A stretch of 64,000 nt of DNA from Bdellovibrionales bacterium. Its GTDB lineage: Bacteria; Bdellovibrionota; Bdellovibrionia; Bdellovibrionales; UBA1609. The stretch covers positions 154,222 through 218,221 of the forward strand of contig DAIDIG010000005.1 of assembly GCA_027459485.1 (NCBI GenBank), read 5' to 3'. A model generated the notes under the pieces. The model searched no databases. It was given only the letters and a program-made list of their open reading frames with translations, and was not told where the DNA came from. Made by a program: the position numbers and the translations under genes. Position 1 is the stretch's first letter. The number at the start of each line of letters is the position of its first letter. Shown here in pieces: positions 36,893-44,879 of this stretch.

Positions 36893-37519
36893 CTAGTACG
36901 CCTGGCAGTTAACTGAAAATATCATCTTATCCCACGCATCTTGCCGTGAAAGGCTCGATGCTCCCGGTAGGTCGGCAAAGTATGGCTGTAAAAACGCTTG
37001 ATATTGATTACGGCCGTAAATATCTGTAGCCGCTTCTTGAAGAGCACAGAAAAGGCTGATGTCTGAGGCATCGAGAAAGCCGGTTTTCACCGCGCTTGAG
37101 AGCGGCGGTTTGGCCCCCCACGCAAGTCGGCCCATCAAATCGAGTGTTTGCCAAATCATCTTTGAAAATGCCGATTGTTCGCCGAGCTTACCGAAACATT
37201 GAGGTGAAACCGAATTTTTAACCCTTAGCACTTGGCGCACGCCTTCAAAAAGCGGAAAACACCCGCCCGTGTCGCCGGTCGTTTGGCACGTCGACATCCA
37301 CTGTTCAATTTTGGTTCTTGTCTGAAATCGGTCTTTTGAATCGATGGCCAGCCACTTGGCCGTGCTCTTTGTAAAGGCATCGACTTGGGCATCACAAACG
37401 TTTTTCGGAGGGTCACTGAGAACTATAAAAACAATCCCGATCGCGAGCACGAGGGTCACGAGCACCGCTCGCGGCAAGGCCATCAACTTTTGCGAGAACG
37501 AATCCATGAATCTCGGCAC
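36893..37519 (-). CDS. membrane-anchored Cys-containing protein, unknown function
   Basis: It has one N-terminal TM helix (AVLVTLVLAIGIVFIVL). I recognised no family. Confidence 0.45.
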   Translation of the reverse strand: MPRFMDSFSQKLMALPRAVLVTLVLAIGIVFIVLSDPPKNVCDAQVDAFTKSTAKWLAIDSKDRFQTRTKIEQWMSTCQTTGDTGGCFPLFEGVRQVLRVKNSVSPQCFGKLGEQSAFSKMIWQTLDLMGRLAWGAKPPLSSAVKTGFLDASDISLFCALQEAATDIYGRNQYQAFLQPYFADLPGASSLSRQDAWDKMIFSVNCQAY

Positions 37520-37562
37520 CTGTTACGACGGATGAGCGTATCAAAAGGCAATTTCATCAAAT

Positions 37563-37595
37563 AAAAAGGCCGAATCAAATTGATCCGGCCTTTTT
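37563..37595 (-). terminator. intrinsic terminator downstream of the porin gene (symmetric, potentially bidirectional)
   Basis: The arms aaaaaggccg and cggccttttt form a stem flanked by A and T runs. On the minus strand the stem is followed by ttttatttg. It lies 26 nt after the porin stop. Confidence 0.6.
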
Positions 37596-37620
37596 GAGTA
37601 TCAGCTATTTTTCGCCACAA

Positions 37621-38979
37621 TTAGAACGTCAAACCACCTTCAACGTAGTACTCAGAAACTGTGGTTTTGAGGCTGTTGTTCGAAGCATTTTTTAGACCAC
37701 TGTATGCATTGCCCGCATCAAACATGCCGTACAATGCCGTGATGTAGAATTTATCGCTGTACTTTTTCGTGACCGAAACATCAAGCTCATTGCCAAGAGT
37801 TCCGTTACCGCTGGTCTGAACCTGGCCACCAATTAGAGTATTAGTTGAGAAATAGTTGCCGTAGTCACCTGCCGCTACCGCACCATCAGTTTCAGTCTTG
37901 GTGAACATGTAATAGTTTACAGCAACGCTGATATCGTCACGCGGTTGAGCTGATAAGCCAAACCATGTGTAGGTTAAGTTACCCCATCCGAAGATATCCA
38001 TAAGACCGGCGTTATCGTGTCGGTCGTAAGCAAAGCCATCGTAATTATCGTTGGATTGAGTCGTATTATTGTTACCAGAGTCTTGGTGGTAACCCACGTG
38101 GACACGGCCATTCATTAGCGACGGGAACGTATACCCTACGTCAGCATCAATCATATGAGCGGTAAGGTTTTCTTTCGAAGTTCCTGTTGGCTCCATGTAT
38201 TTACCAGTTTCAATTTCGCCGTCTAAACGGTAATCCACATTTGCGGTATCACCCGAGGCTGTGAAGCCAGCGCGAGTTTCATCACGATATGGCAATGTTG
38301 TGGTAGTTGTGCTGCCCGCGCCAGCAGTCGTGGCGCTGTAAGTGCCTTGATCCTGATAAACTTGCAAAACGTGCACGTTCACCATTTTCAAGAATGTCGG
38401 TAGATTTTTGAGGTCTTCCGAAACACCGTAAAACCGTGAATCAATTGTATTAGAATCTGTACCAACGGCGCCCTTTACTGCAAAGAAACTCGTGCGCCCC
38501 CAGTCTTGATCCCAGCTAGCCATCGCGCCATCAAATGCAGTCTGTACGTTTTCCCAATCGTTGCTCGAAATCAATCGACCATCGCCCATGGTAAACGCGC
38601 CGCGACCAGCACGGAGAATCCAGCTGTCGTTGATAACCCAAGTTGCGTAAGCTTCATTCACAAGGACCATATTATTTATGTCGGCTGCCGAATTCGAATT
38701 TAAGGTCGTCATACTGTTTTGAGTCGTCGACGAACCCCAGTCGGTATTACCGACTAAAGTAATGTGCGCGTTCATTTTCTCATTAGCGCGTGCGTTGACG
38801 CCTAAGCGGAAACGCTGGTGAAAATTTGAATCATCGGCGGAATGTGCACCGTCGAAATCCTGATTATCTTGATACTGCAATCGGTAATCGCCGCTTGCTG
38901 TTATGTCACTGCCGTCCGCATAAGCGTGAGCGAGTGGCAAAAAACTCAGCACTGCAATCAGTGCGCATAGTTTTTTCAT
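37621..38979 (-). CDS. outer-membrane beta-barrel porin-like protein
   Basis: It has a signal peptide (LSFLPLAHAYA), is rich in Gly/Asp/Asn/Tyr/Thr, and ends in ...YYVEGGLTF. I moved the start to the ATG at 38979 (RBS gggag). Confidence 0.6.
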   Translation of the reverse strand: MKKLCALIAVLSFLPLAHAYADGSDITASGDYRLQYQDNQDFDGAHSADDSNFHQRFRLGVNARANEKMNAHITLVGNTDWGSSTTQNSMTTLNSNSAADINNMVLVNEAYATWVINDSWILRAGRGAFTMGDGRLISSNDWENVQTAFDGAMASWDQDWGRTSFFAVKGAVGTDSNTIDSRFYGVSEDLKNLPTFLKMVNVHVLQVYQDQGTYSATTAGAGSTTTTTLPYRDETRAGFTASGDTANVDYRLDGEIETGKYMEPTGTSKENLTAHMIDADVGYTFPSLMNGRVHVGYHQDSGNNNTTQSNDNYDGFAYDRHDNAGLMDIFGWGNLTYTWFGLSAQPRDDISVAVNYYMFTKTETDGAVAAGDYGNYFSTNTLIGGQVQTSGNGTLGNELDVSVTKKYSDKFYITALYGMFDAGNAYSGLKNASNNSLKTTVSEYYVEGGLTF

Positions 38980-39164
38980 TCGTTTACTCCCTTGTTGTTG
39001 ACTAAGTTGTCGTTGACGCACCAAGCGCGCAGGTATCAGTCGAAATTTTCCGAGCCATTACCAACGCGTATGGTTAATCGTAAAAGCTATCTTTTTACGA
39101 TGGCAAACGTTTTTGCGAAAGTTACGGCTTTGCGTTAGGACTTAGGTCTATTGACACAAACTTT

Positions 39165-39193
39165 TTGAATCCTTAACCGCACGCGATTAATTT
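39165..39193 (+). promoter_or_regulatory. candidate sigma-70 promoter for tRNA-Pro
   Basis: TTGAAT (39165-39170), a 17-bp spacer and TAATTT (39188-39193) end 15 nt before the tRNA 5' end. This is a pattern match only. Confidence 0.3.
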
Positions 39194-39208
39194 GGTCGTT
39201 TCGACGTT

Positions 39209-39285
39209 CGGGGAGTGGCTCAGCCCGGTAGAGCATCTGCTTTGGGAGCAGAGGGTCGCAGGTTCAAATCCTGTCTCCCCGACCA
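39209..39285 (+). tRNA. tRNA-Pro (anticodon UGG), CCA encoded
   Basis: The acceptor stem is CGGGGAG/CTCCCCG, with a D-arm GCTCAGCCCGGTAGAGC. The anticodon stem-loop TCTGC-TTTGGGA-GCAGA gives anticodon TGG. The T-arm is GCAGGTTCAAATCCTGT, followed by discriminator A and CCA. Confidence 0.93.
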
Positions 39286-39340
39286 TTTGGTTTTTTCCGG
39301 TGACATCGTTTACATTTCGGTTCTTCATTTCGCGCCACTG

Positions 39341-39520
39341 TGCCCCGATTTTGGAATTTCACGGGTCACAGGGCATAAGATCTGGAACAGATATTTATCT
39401 GACGGCAACTACGATCTTTTGTTCGACTCAAACATGAAAAGCCGAGTTGGGTATATCGGACACCAGCGTCGCAAAATTATTTGGTTTTCTATTTTAAGAA
39501 TTAAGCAAATCCTCAAGCCT
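39341..39520 (+). pseudogene. possible remnant of a transposase N-terminal HTH (IS481/IS3-like)
   Basis: The translated frame gives CPDFGISRVTGHKIWNRYLSDGNYDLLFDSN...RRKIIWFSILRIKQ. It resembles the pattern FGVSR.T.YKW..RY...G..GL.DRSRRP. No DDE core follows, and no RBS or start is present. Confidence 0.3.
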
Positions 39521-39659
39521 TCGTTTGTCTTTGTTTTTATGCACAAAACTGTCTATCAAACTATCAACACTGTTCAAACAATTGACGGTTAAATCGAGTT
39601 AATGAATGATCGAAATGGCCTGATTTGTGCAGGTTTATTATTGGAATGCTGGGGGCACC

Positions 39660-40586
39660 ATGAAATCTCGCAAAACTATCGCTTTTTTGATTCTAGCAAG
39701 CGCAATCGCCGTTGTACTTTTCTTTCAAAATTGCGCGAAAAACCCAAACCTTTCGCAATCCGTACAGTCGTCGACATTCAGCGGCCCAACTTTTGAACAA
39801 TCATTAGCTCCCACCTATACAGCCACTGCTGGGCAAAATTTGTCTATCGATGCTCCCGCGACAGGCACCAACTTAACTTACGTATGGTTGAAGTCAGGCC
39901 AAGCTCTTACTTCTGGAACAAACGGATATTCATTTAATTCGGCGGGATCGACCTTAAATATCCAAAATGTTACCGCAAGTGACGCTGGGACATACACTTT
40001 AGTAGTTAGCAATTCGGCGGGATCGACTTCTGCGACATTCACAATCGTTGTCAATTCATCTAGCGGTGGGAGCGCGACTTGTCCCGCTCAGACAATCACA
40101 TGGAATTCAGCTTGTCAGGGCGCACTGTCCGCGACCGCGGCAGGAAGTTCGGCAACAGTTACAAACAGCGCCGCCGGTTATAGCGGATCGGCAACCTATG
40201 CTTGCTCAAGCACAGGCGCATGGACAGCGAATCCGACAAATGCCACCTGCTCGGCGGGTTACAAGGGTTACATCGATGTCAGCAATGTCTGCCCCCGAGG
40301 AACTTACGTTATGCGCACCCAAGTTGTTTTAGGCGCTTTAACAACAAACCAATGTTCGTCTATAGGGAGCGCCTGCGGCAGTACGCAAACCGTTCCGCTC
40401 AATAGCTGCATAACTGGGACGACTGATTCCTATTATACAACTACGACAAGCTGCGGATATAGTTTTGGCTCCACAATTGCGGTCTGCTCTGTGTCGCTAC
40501 CCATGCTCCCAGAATCTTTTTCGCTTACTCAACTCGGCGTTACAAGTAGCAGCCAATGCCCTTCGACATTAACTGTTTGCCCATAA
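39660..40586 (+). CDS. lipoprotein with an Ig-like (I-set-like) domain and a Cys-rich C-terminal half
   Basis: It has lipobox LFFQNC and an Ig-like strand pattern (VTASDAGTYTLVVSNSAGSTSATFTIVV). About 15 cysteines follow. I moved the start to the ATG at 39660. Confidence 0.6.
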   Translation: MKSRKTIAFLILASAIAVVLFFQNCAKNPNLSQSVQSSTFSGPTFEQSLAPTYTATAGQNLSIDAPATGTNLTYVWLKSGQALTSGTNGYSFNSAGSTLNIQNVTASDAGTYTLVVSNSAGSTSATFTIVVNSSSGGSATCPAQTITWNSACQGALSATAAGSSATVTNSAAGYSGSATYACSSTGAWTANPTNATCSAGYKGYIDVSNVCPRGTYVMRTQVVLGALTTNQCSSIGSACGSTQTVPLNSCITGTTDSYYTTTTSCGYSFGSTIAVCSVSLPMLPESFSLTQLGVTSSSQCPSTLTVCP

Positions 40587-40734
40587 CTCAGCCAATTTGC
40601 GGGCCGACCAGGTGAGTTGAGCCATTTAACGAAGTGCGGTTCTTCAAATGCCAAATGAGCTCATTGTCGCAATTTTAAATGGTCTTAGCGTATTTCTCTG
40701 TTGAAATTTGATCAGTGCGCCGAAAAAAGCTGAT

Positions 40735-41151
40735 TTATTTTGCCCATGAGGTGAGCTGGCAAATCACTACTTTAGGGTGATCCGAGCAAGAAGTAAGCTC
40801 ATAACTTTTTACTACACCACGCCGATCGACATACACGCTTAGCGTTTGTAACCCACAATCTAGAATGTCTTCGCCTTGCAAAAATGGCGCAAATTGATTT
40901 GGATTCGCATTGTTTGAATATGCGTAGTCAAGGCTAAATGCTTGCGGAGCCAAATCTACCATTGAGTTCAATAAATCCTGATGTGGATCGCCCGGCCGCA
41001 GAACAATACTGCACATGCGATCGCTACCAACTAAGTGCCCAAAATAAAACCCGAGGCGAGGTGCGACAGTGTTTGAACGGGCCGTCGCCAATGAGCTCAA
41101 ACCAATCAAGGCCGCAAATAACAAAACTCGCGCCAAGGATTTAATACGCAT
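40735..41151 (-). CDS. small secreted protein, unknown function
   Basis: It has a signal peptide (LLFAALIGLSSLATA) and an RBS ggagg before the ATG at 41151. I recognised no family. Confidence 0.45.
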   Translation of the reverse strand: MRIKSLARVLLFAALIGLSSLATARSNTVAPRLGFYFGHLVGSDRMCSIVLRPGDPHQDLLNSMVDLAPQAFSLDYAYSNNANPNQFAPFLQGEDILDCGLQTLSVYVDRRGVVKSYELTSCSDHPKVVICQLTSWAK

Positions 41152-41454
41152 TGTCTCGCCTCCACTTTTTGCCGCAATTTTAGCTGACTGAGGATCCAAT
41201 CTAAATAGCCGATATAAATTTAACAAAAGCATCGCACTTTTTGGCAGCCAACCCGTGCAGCGACCTTCGCCCAAAACCGCCATTATCACCGAACATTTTG
41301 CGGCGCTCGATTTAAAAAATATTCAGTATTGCTTCGATGGCCATACGCCGAACCTCTATAAGCGCATACGGGCGCCATACTAGATGCGGCTTGAGTTTTG
41401 CTTCAACTTTTAACAACAAGCCTAAAAAGGGGTTCTATAGGTGAGGATGCTCCA

Positions 41455-42411
41455 GTGAAATCAAAGCAAACTTCAGCAAAAATAACCTTTGCCATTTTGG
41501 TAGGTCTTGCCGAATTGTTACTTGTTTGCCCGCTCTCAGGGGCCGCTTCTATGCCCAATGGGGCGAGTGCATCTAAAACGGCAGACATCAGTTGGTTTGA
41601 AGAGTTCCCGATTGTTCAGTCCGTGCTTGAATTGAGTGATAATAAATTTGATTTGAGATCGCAATTCGAATTGCAGCAAAGTGTCAGTTTTGATCGAGTT
41701 AAAAGCTTTGTTCATGATGACAACTTGATCAAGGATTTTGTTCGATCTCTACAGTCAGTCAAAACAAGCGCCGAACCTAACGGACAATATCGATATAGTT
41801 TTACCGCAAAAGATTTTTGGGGAGACGAATACTCGCAAACTTTTCTTTGTCGGGACAGCGTCGACTCATCAACGGTTTTAGATGAAGACTGTTTTGAGCA
41901 ACCGCAAAAAATGGCAACAAAAACTTCGCGCGCACAAATTTTGACCGACGGGGTGCTGTCTATTGACTGCTTTTCCACTCGGGCGATCAAACCTCTTGAC
42001 CCCTCGCTTGTCGGAGTCAAGGGAGTGCAATGCGTTTTCGAACTGAGCGGCCATATCAATAGTCTTGCCACCGCGTTCACCAGTATGACTGGCAAGAAAA
42101 TTCCGGCAGAAAAAGTGGCGCACTATATTTTCAATGCACTGACATCCTACACGACCCAAGTTGGACTGCTTGCCGGCAACGACGTATCCAACCCCAGTCA
42201 AACTCAAGATTTTCTTAGAAATACGGACCTGGGGCGGAAGTTCACGTTTGATCGCTTGCAGGGGCATAAATTGGGCTTTGGCAAGCTGACTCCAGGTAAA
42301 ACCTATATCGTCAAAATCCGCTCGGATGGAACCTATTGGGAGCGTATCCAATACGGCGATTACGCGCTCGAATCCATTGCAACAGGAGCCACTCAAGCCG
42401 ACAGTCGATAA
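41455..42411 (+). CDS. secreted protein, unknown function
   Basis: The GTG at 41455 is preceded by ggtgagga. It has a signal peptide (FAILVGLAELLLVCPLSGAAS). I recognised no family. Confidence 0.45.
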   Translation: MKSKQTSAKITFAILVGLAELLLVCPLSGAASMPNGASASKTADISWFEEFPIVQSVLELSDNKFDLRSQFELQQSVSFDRVKSFVHDDNLIKDFVRSLQSVKTSAEPNGQYRYSFTAKDFWGDEYSQTFLCRDSVDSSTVLDEDCFEQPQKMATKTSRAQILTDGVLSIDCFSTRAIKPLDPSLVGVKGVQCVFELSGHINSLATAFTSMTGKKIPAEKVAHYIFNALTSYTTQVGLLAGNDVSNPSQTQDFLRNTDLGRKFTFDRLQGHKLGFGKLTPGKTYIVKIRSDGTYWERIQYGDYALESIATGATQADSR

Positions 42412-42572
42412 CTGAACGCAAACTGTTGAACAATCGCGAGTGCCGCACGTCCCGGGGGCTGGCGGGCGAAAGCCGTGCCGAGTACTGTCAGGACCGAAAT
42501 TTGACTGACGGGCTTGCCGACACACAGCCGATCGAGTAAGACCCTTCCCATCTTACTAGGGGGGCGGCAAAC

Positions 42573-43280
42573 ATGAAAATCTCACTTTTCGCCGCAATAC
42601 TTACAGCTCTACCTTTTCAACCGTACGCTAAAGCCTTAGAAGTCCCGGCTAAGCCGCCTTGCGGGGTCACTACAAAGGCCCATGACGTTTGCTCAACGGC
42701 GATTCTCAACCTACACCCAACCCAGTTTACGGTCGGGATGATTGAAGTCGACGATCGGACGACAGAAGTCGAAGCCATGTATCAATTCAAGTTCACAAAA
42801 TATATGAACATGCACTTGGTGCCCGTAGTGATCGGGCCCAATCGCGTTCTCTACATGACCGATCATCATCACCTGTCGCTTGCGCTCTATGATGCCGGTC
42901 TGCGAACAATAGATGTCCAAGTGACGCAGGATTGGTCCAACTTGAGCCCCGCTCAATTCTGGTCGCAAATGGAGTCATCGCGACAAGTTTACCTCTACAA
43001 GGACGGCCAAGGGCCGCTCTCACCGAACGAGCTCCCCTCTAATGTTCTACAGTTGAATGATGACATCTATCGAAGTCTCGCGTGGGCCGTTCAAGATCAA
43101 GGCGGATTTCAAAAAACCTCTACTTTATTTCAAAGTTTTATCTGGGCCGATTTCTTGAGAACTCGTATTGTGATGTCGAATCTGCAAAACGATTTCGAAG
43201 GCGCGGTGCAAGCAGGTATCCAAATAGCGCAATCCCCTGAGGCCAAGGGGTTGCCGGGTTATATCGGCCCCCAGCCCTAA
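42573..43280 (+). CDS. secreted ParB/Srx-fold protein (ParBc_2-like putative nuclease)
   Basis: A signal peptide (LTALPFQPYAKA) is followed by LNLHPTQFTVGMIEV...VVIGPNRVLYMTDHHHL. This is the pattern I remember for the putative ParB-like nuclease family. Confidence 0.5.
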   Translation: MKISLFAAILTALPFQPYAKALEVPAKPPCGVTTKAHDVCSTAILNLHPTQFTVGMIEVDDRTTEVEAMYQFKFTKYMNMHLVPVVIGPNRVLYMTDHHHLSLALYDAGLRTIDVQVTQDWSNLSPAQFWSQMESSRQVYLYKDGQGPLSPNELPSNVLQLNDDIYRSLAWAVQDQGGFQKTSTLFQSFIWADFLRTRIVMSNLQNDFEGAVQAGIQIAQSPEAKGLPGYIGPQP

Positions 43281-43401
43281 CGACAACTAATCATTGTGCG
43301 TGAATGCCGGTCCCGTGACCAAAATTTTGACATTTATGAATTGAATTCGCGGATGAAATAAATTTCTTGTGGAGAACTTGTTTTCCCATAAAATCGCGGT
43401 C

Positions 43402-43902
43402 ATGAAAAAATCAAAATTTATTGCTTTCGCCCTTTTACTTCTCTCCTTTTTTATAAAGATTCCCGCTTTTGCGGTTACTCCGGGTATCTACCCGCTACCC
43501 AAAGACCATATAGAGGCGGCCATCGATCTCGCCGACTGCAATACCCGCAACTCGCCTTGCGTGCTCCCCGGCGACGAAGTCAAAAATGTGGTTATGACGG
43601 GCCCCCTCGTCTCCGCTCAGTTTGAAATAAATATTCCTGATCTAGGCGGGTTTCTCGATTGGTTTGATCCGGGATACAATGAAACCTTGCGAGCGAAATA
43701 TTATGCAAGCGAATTTGTCAGAAGCTTATGCCTCTTAAAAAACGGCTATCCGAAAACTCCAATCGTAAAAATTTTAAAAACCGCCTCAGACGGAGCCGAT
43801 TCGATTTCGGTTAATTCCTATCCGTTTGCCCATGCCACAAACTACGACTCGGGCTCGTTTACATTTACAATAGGCGCCGCAGTCAGCTGTACGCCTGATT
43901 GA
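43402..43902 (+). CDS. small secreted protein, unknown function
   Basis: It has a signal peptide (LLLLSFFIKIPAFA). I recognised no family. Confidence 0.45.
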   Translation: MKKSKFIAFALLLLSFFIKIPAFAVTPGIYPLPKDHIEAAIDLADCNTRNSPCVLPGDEVKNVVMTGPLVSAQFEINIPDLGGFLDWFDPGYNETLRAKYYASEFVRSLCLLKNGYPKTPIVKILKTASDGADSISVNSYPFAHATNYDSGSFTFTIGAAVSCTPD

Positions 43903-43955
43903 GGCGAAGCCGAGTTTGCGAATGCCGATACCAAAGACTTTCTTAATAGAGTTCA

Positions 43956-44879
43956 TCAATTCCAGATTCGACTTCGTTTAACGCTCTGAATTTCGAGGTG
44001 GTCATGGAAAAAGAATGGCGCGTATTTTTTGAGACGGACCTCAAGCCAGAAGACAACATTCAATGAGTAGATTCGATTTTGCCGATTATTACAGATCACA
44101 TCAACCGTCGCCGAAAGAGGTATAAGAGCCGATTTGGTCGCAGCACTCCAATGCCCCAGTCCCCAAGTTAACCCATCAAGCCGAAAATGCGCGACACCTC
44201 GAGTTGAACAGGCGTCGCGGATCTGAACTAAAAACTCATGAGTTGCGTCAAGAAAGTTCGACGCATCCGAAAAAAGAAGTTCATGGTCGCCGTCGTAGTA
44301 TATAGCACTCAGGATTGTTCGTTGCGGGGACAGATAGGTTTGCGTGGTTAGTGTAGCTCCCTCAAAAACTCTTTCGACCTTCTCGCCAAGCAGATCGGGC
44401 AAGTCACTTGCACTGTCTTTTATGCCGTGGTGATGAGCCATTTCATGAATTAGGGTCGCGATGGCAAACCCAAGCGAAATAGGGCGCCCTTTGGCCGAGT
44501 AAAGTTGACTGACATTGATGTAAATTAGGTCGCCGACGCGATTACCTGTGACAGCATTTCGAATCAGTCCATTTATGGTAAAAAACGATTGATACCTCGA
44601 GCCGCTAAGGAATTGAATCTGATGTGAATTTTTATACTCTTCAGGGAGTGAATTCTTAATTTCAGTCAGGACATTGCGCTCTTTTGGCGACAAGTTACAG
44701 TAGGGGGAGCTAAGGCACAGGCTTATGTAACTGCCTAGATGATAGTAAGATTGTAAAATATATTTTTCGGACGTCCCGCCACCGTTGCCAACGTGAGCGC
44801 CTGCTTTAGCTCGTTGCGACCAACCAAAAAAACAAATTAATGAAAAAGAAACAACAATAGTTGATACCTTTGACTTCAT
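43956..44879 (-). CDS. secreted HExxH-motif protein (putative zinc metallopeptidase)
   Basis: It has a signal peptide (FFGWSQRAKA), VGNGGG directly after the cleavage site, and LIHEMAHHHG. The start overlaps the upstream stop (ATGA). Confidence 0.5.
   Translation of the reverse strand: MKSKVSTIVVSFSLICFFGWSQRAKAGAHVGNGGGTSEKYILQSYYHLGSYISLCLSSPYCNLSPKERNVLTEIKNSLPEEYKNSHQIQFLSGSRYQSFFTINGLIRNAVTGNRVGDLIYINVSQLYSAKGRPISLGFAIATLIHEMAHHHGIKDSASDLPDLLGEKVERVFEGATLTTQTYLSPQRTILSAIYYDGDHELLFSDASNFLDATHEFLVQIRDACSTRGVAHFRLDGLTWGLGHWSAATKSALIPLSATVDVICNNRQNRIYSLNVVFWLEVRLKKYAPFFFHDHLEIQSVKRSRIWN

Noticed and set aside
39078-39103. A hairpin atcgtaaaag-ctat-ctttttacgat lies between the porin gene start and tRNA-Pro.
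   Set aside because: It is not downstream of any gene on either strand and is AT-rich with a bulge. I cannot assign it a role, so it is not reported as a terminator.
39192-39592. Two plus-strand ORFs (81 and 125 aa) start inside or before the tRNA-Pro gene.
   Set aside because: They read straight through the tRNA and lack an RBS. Only the internal HTH-like segment was kept, as a possible transposase remnant.
41878-42525. A 215-aa minus-strand ORF overlaps the 3' half of the secreted orphan gene and the ParB leader.
   Set aside because: It has no RBS, a Cys/Arg-rich junk-like composition, and is antisense to an ORF with a proper RBS and signal peptide. I kept it only as a caveat, because the sense gene is itself an orphan.
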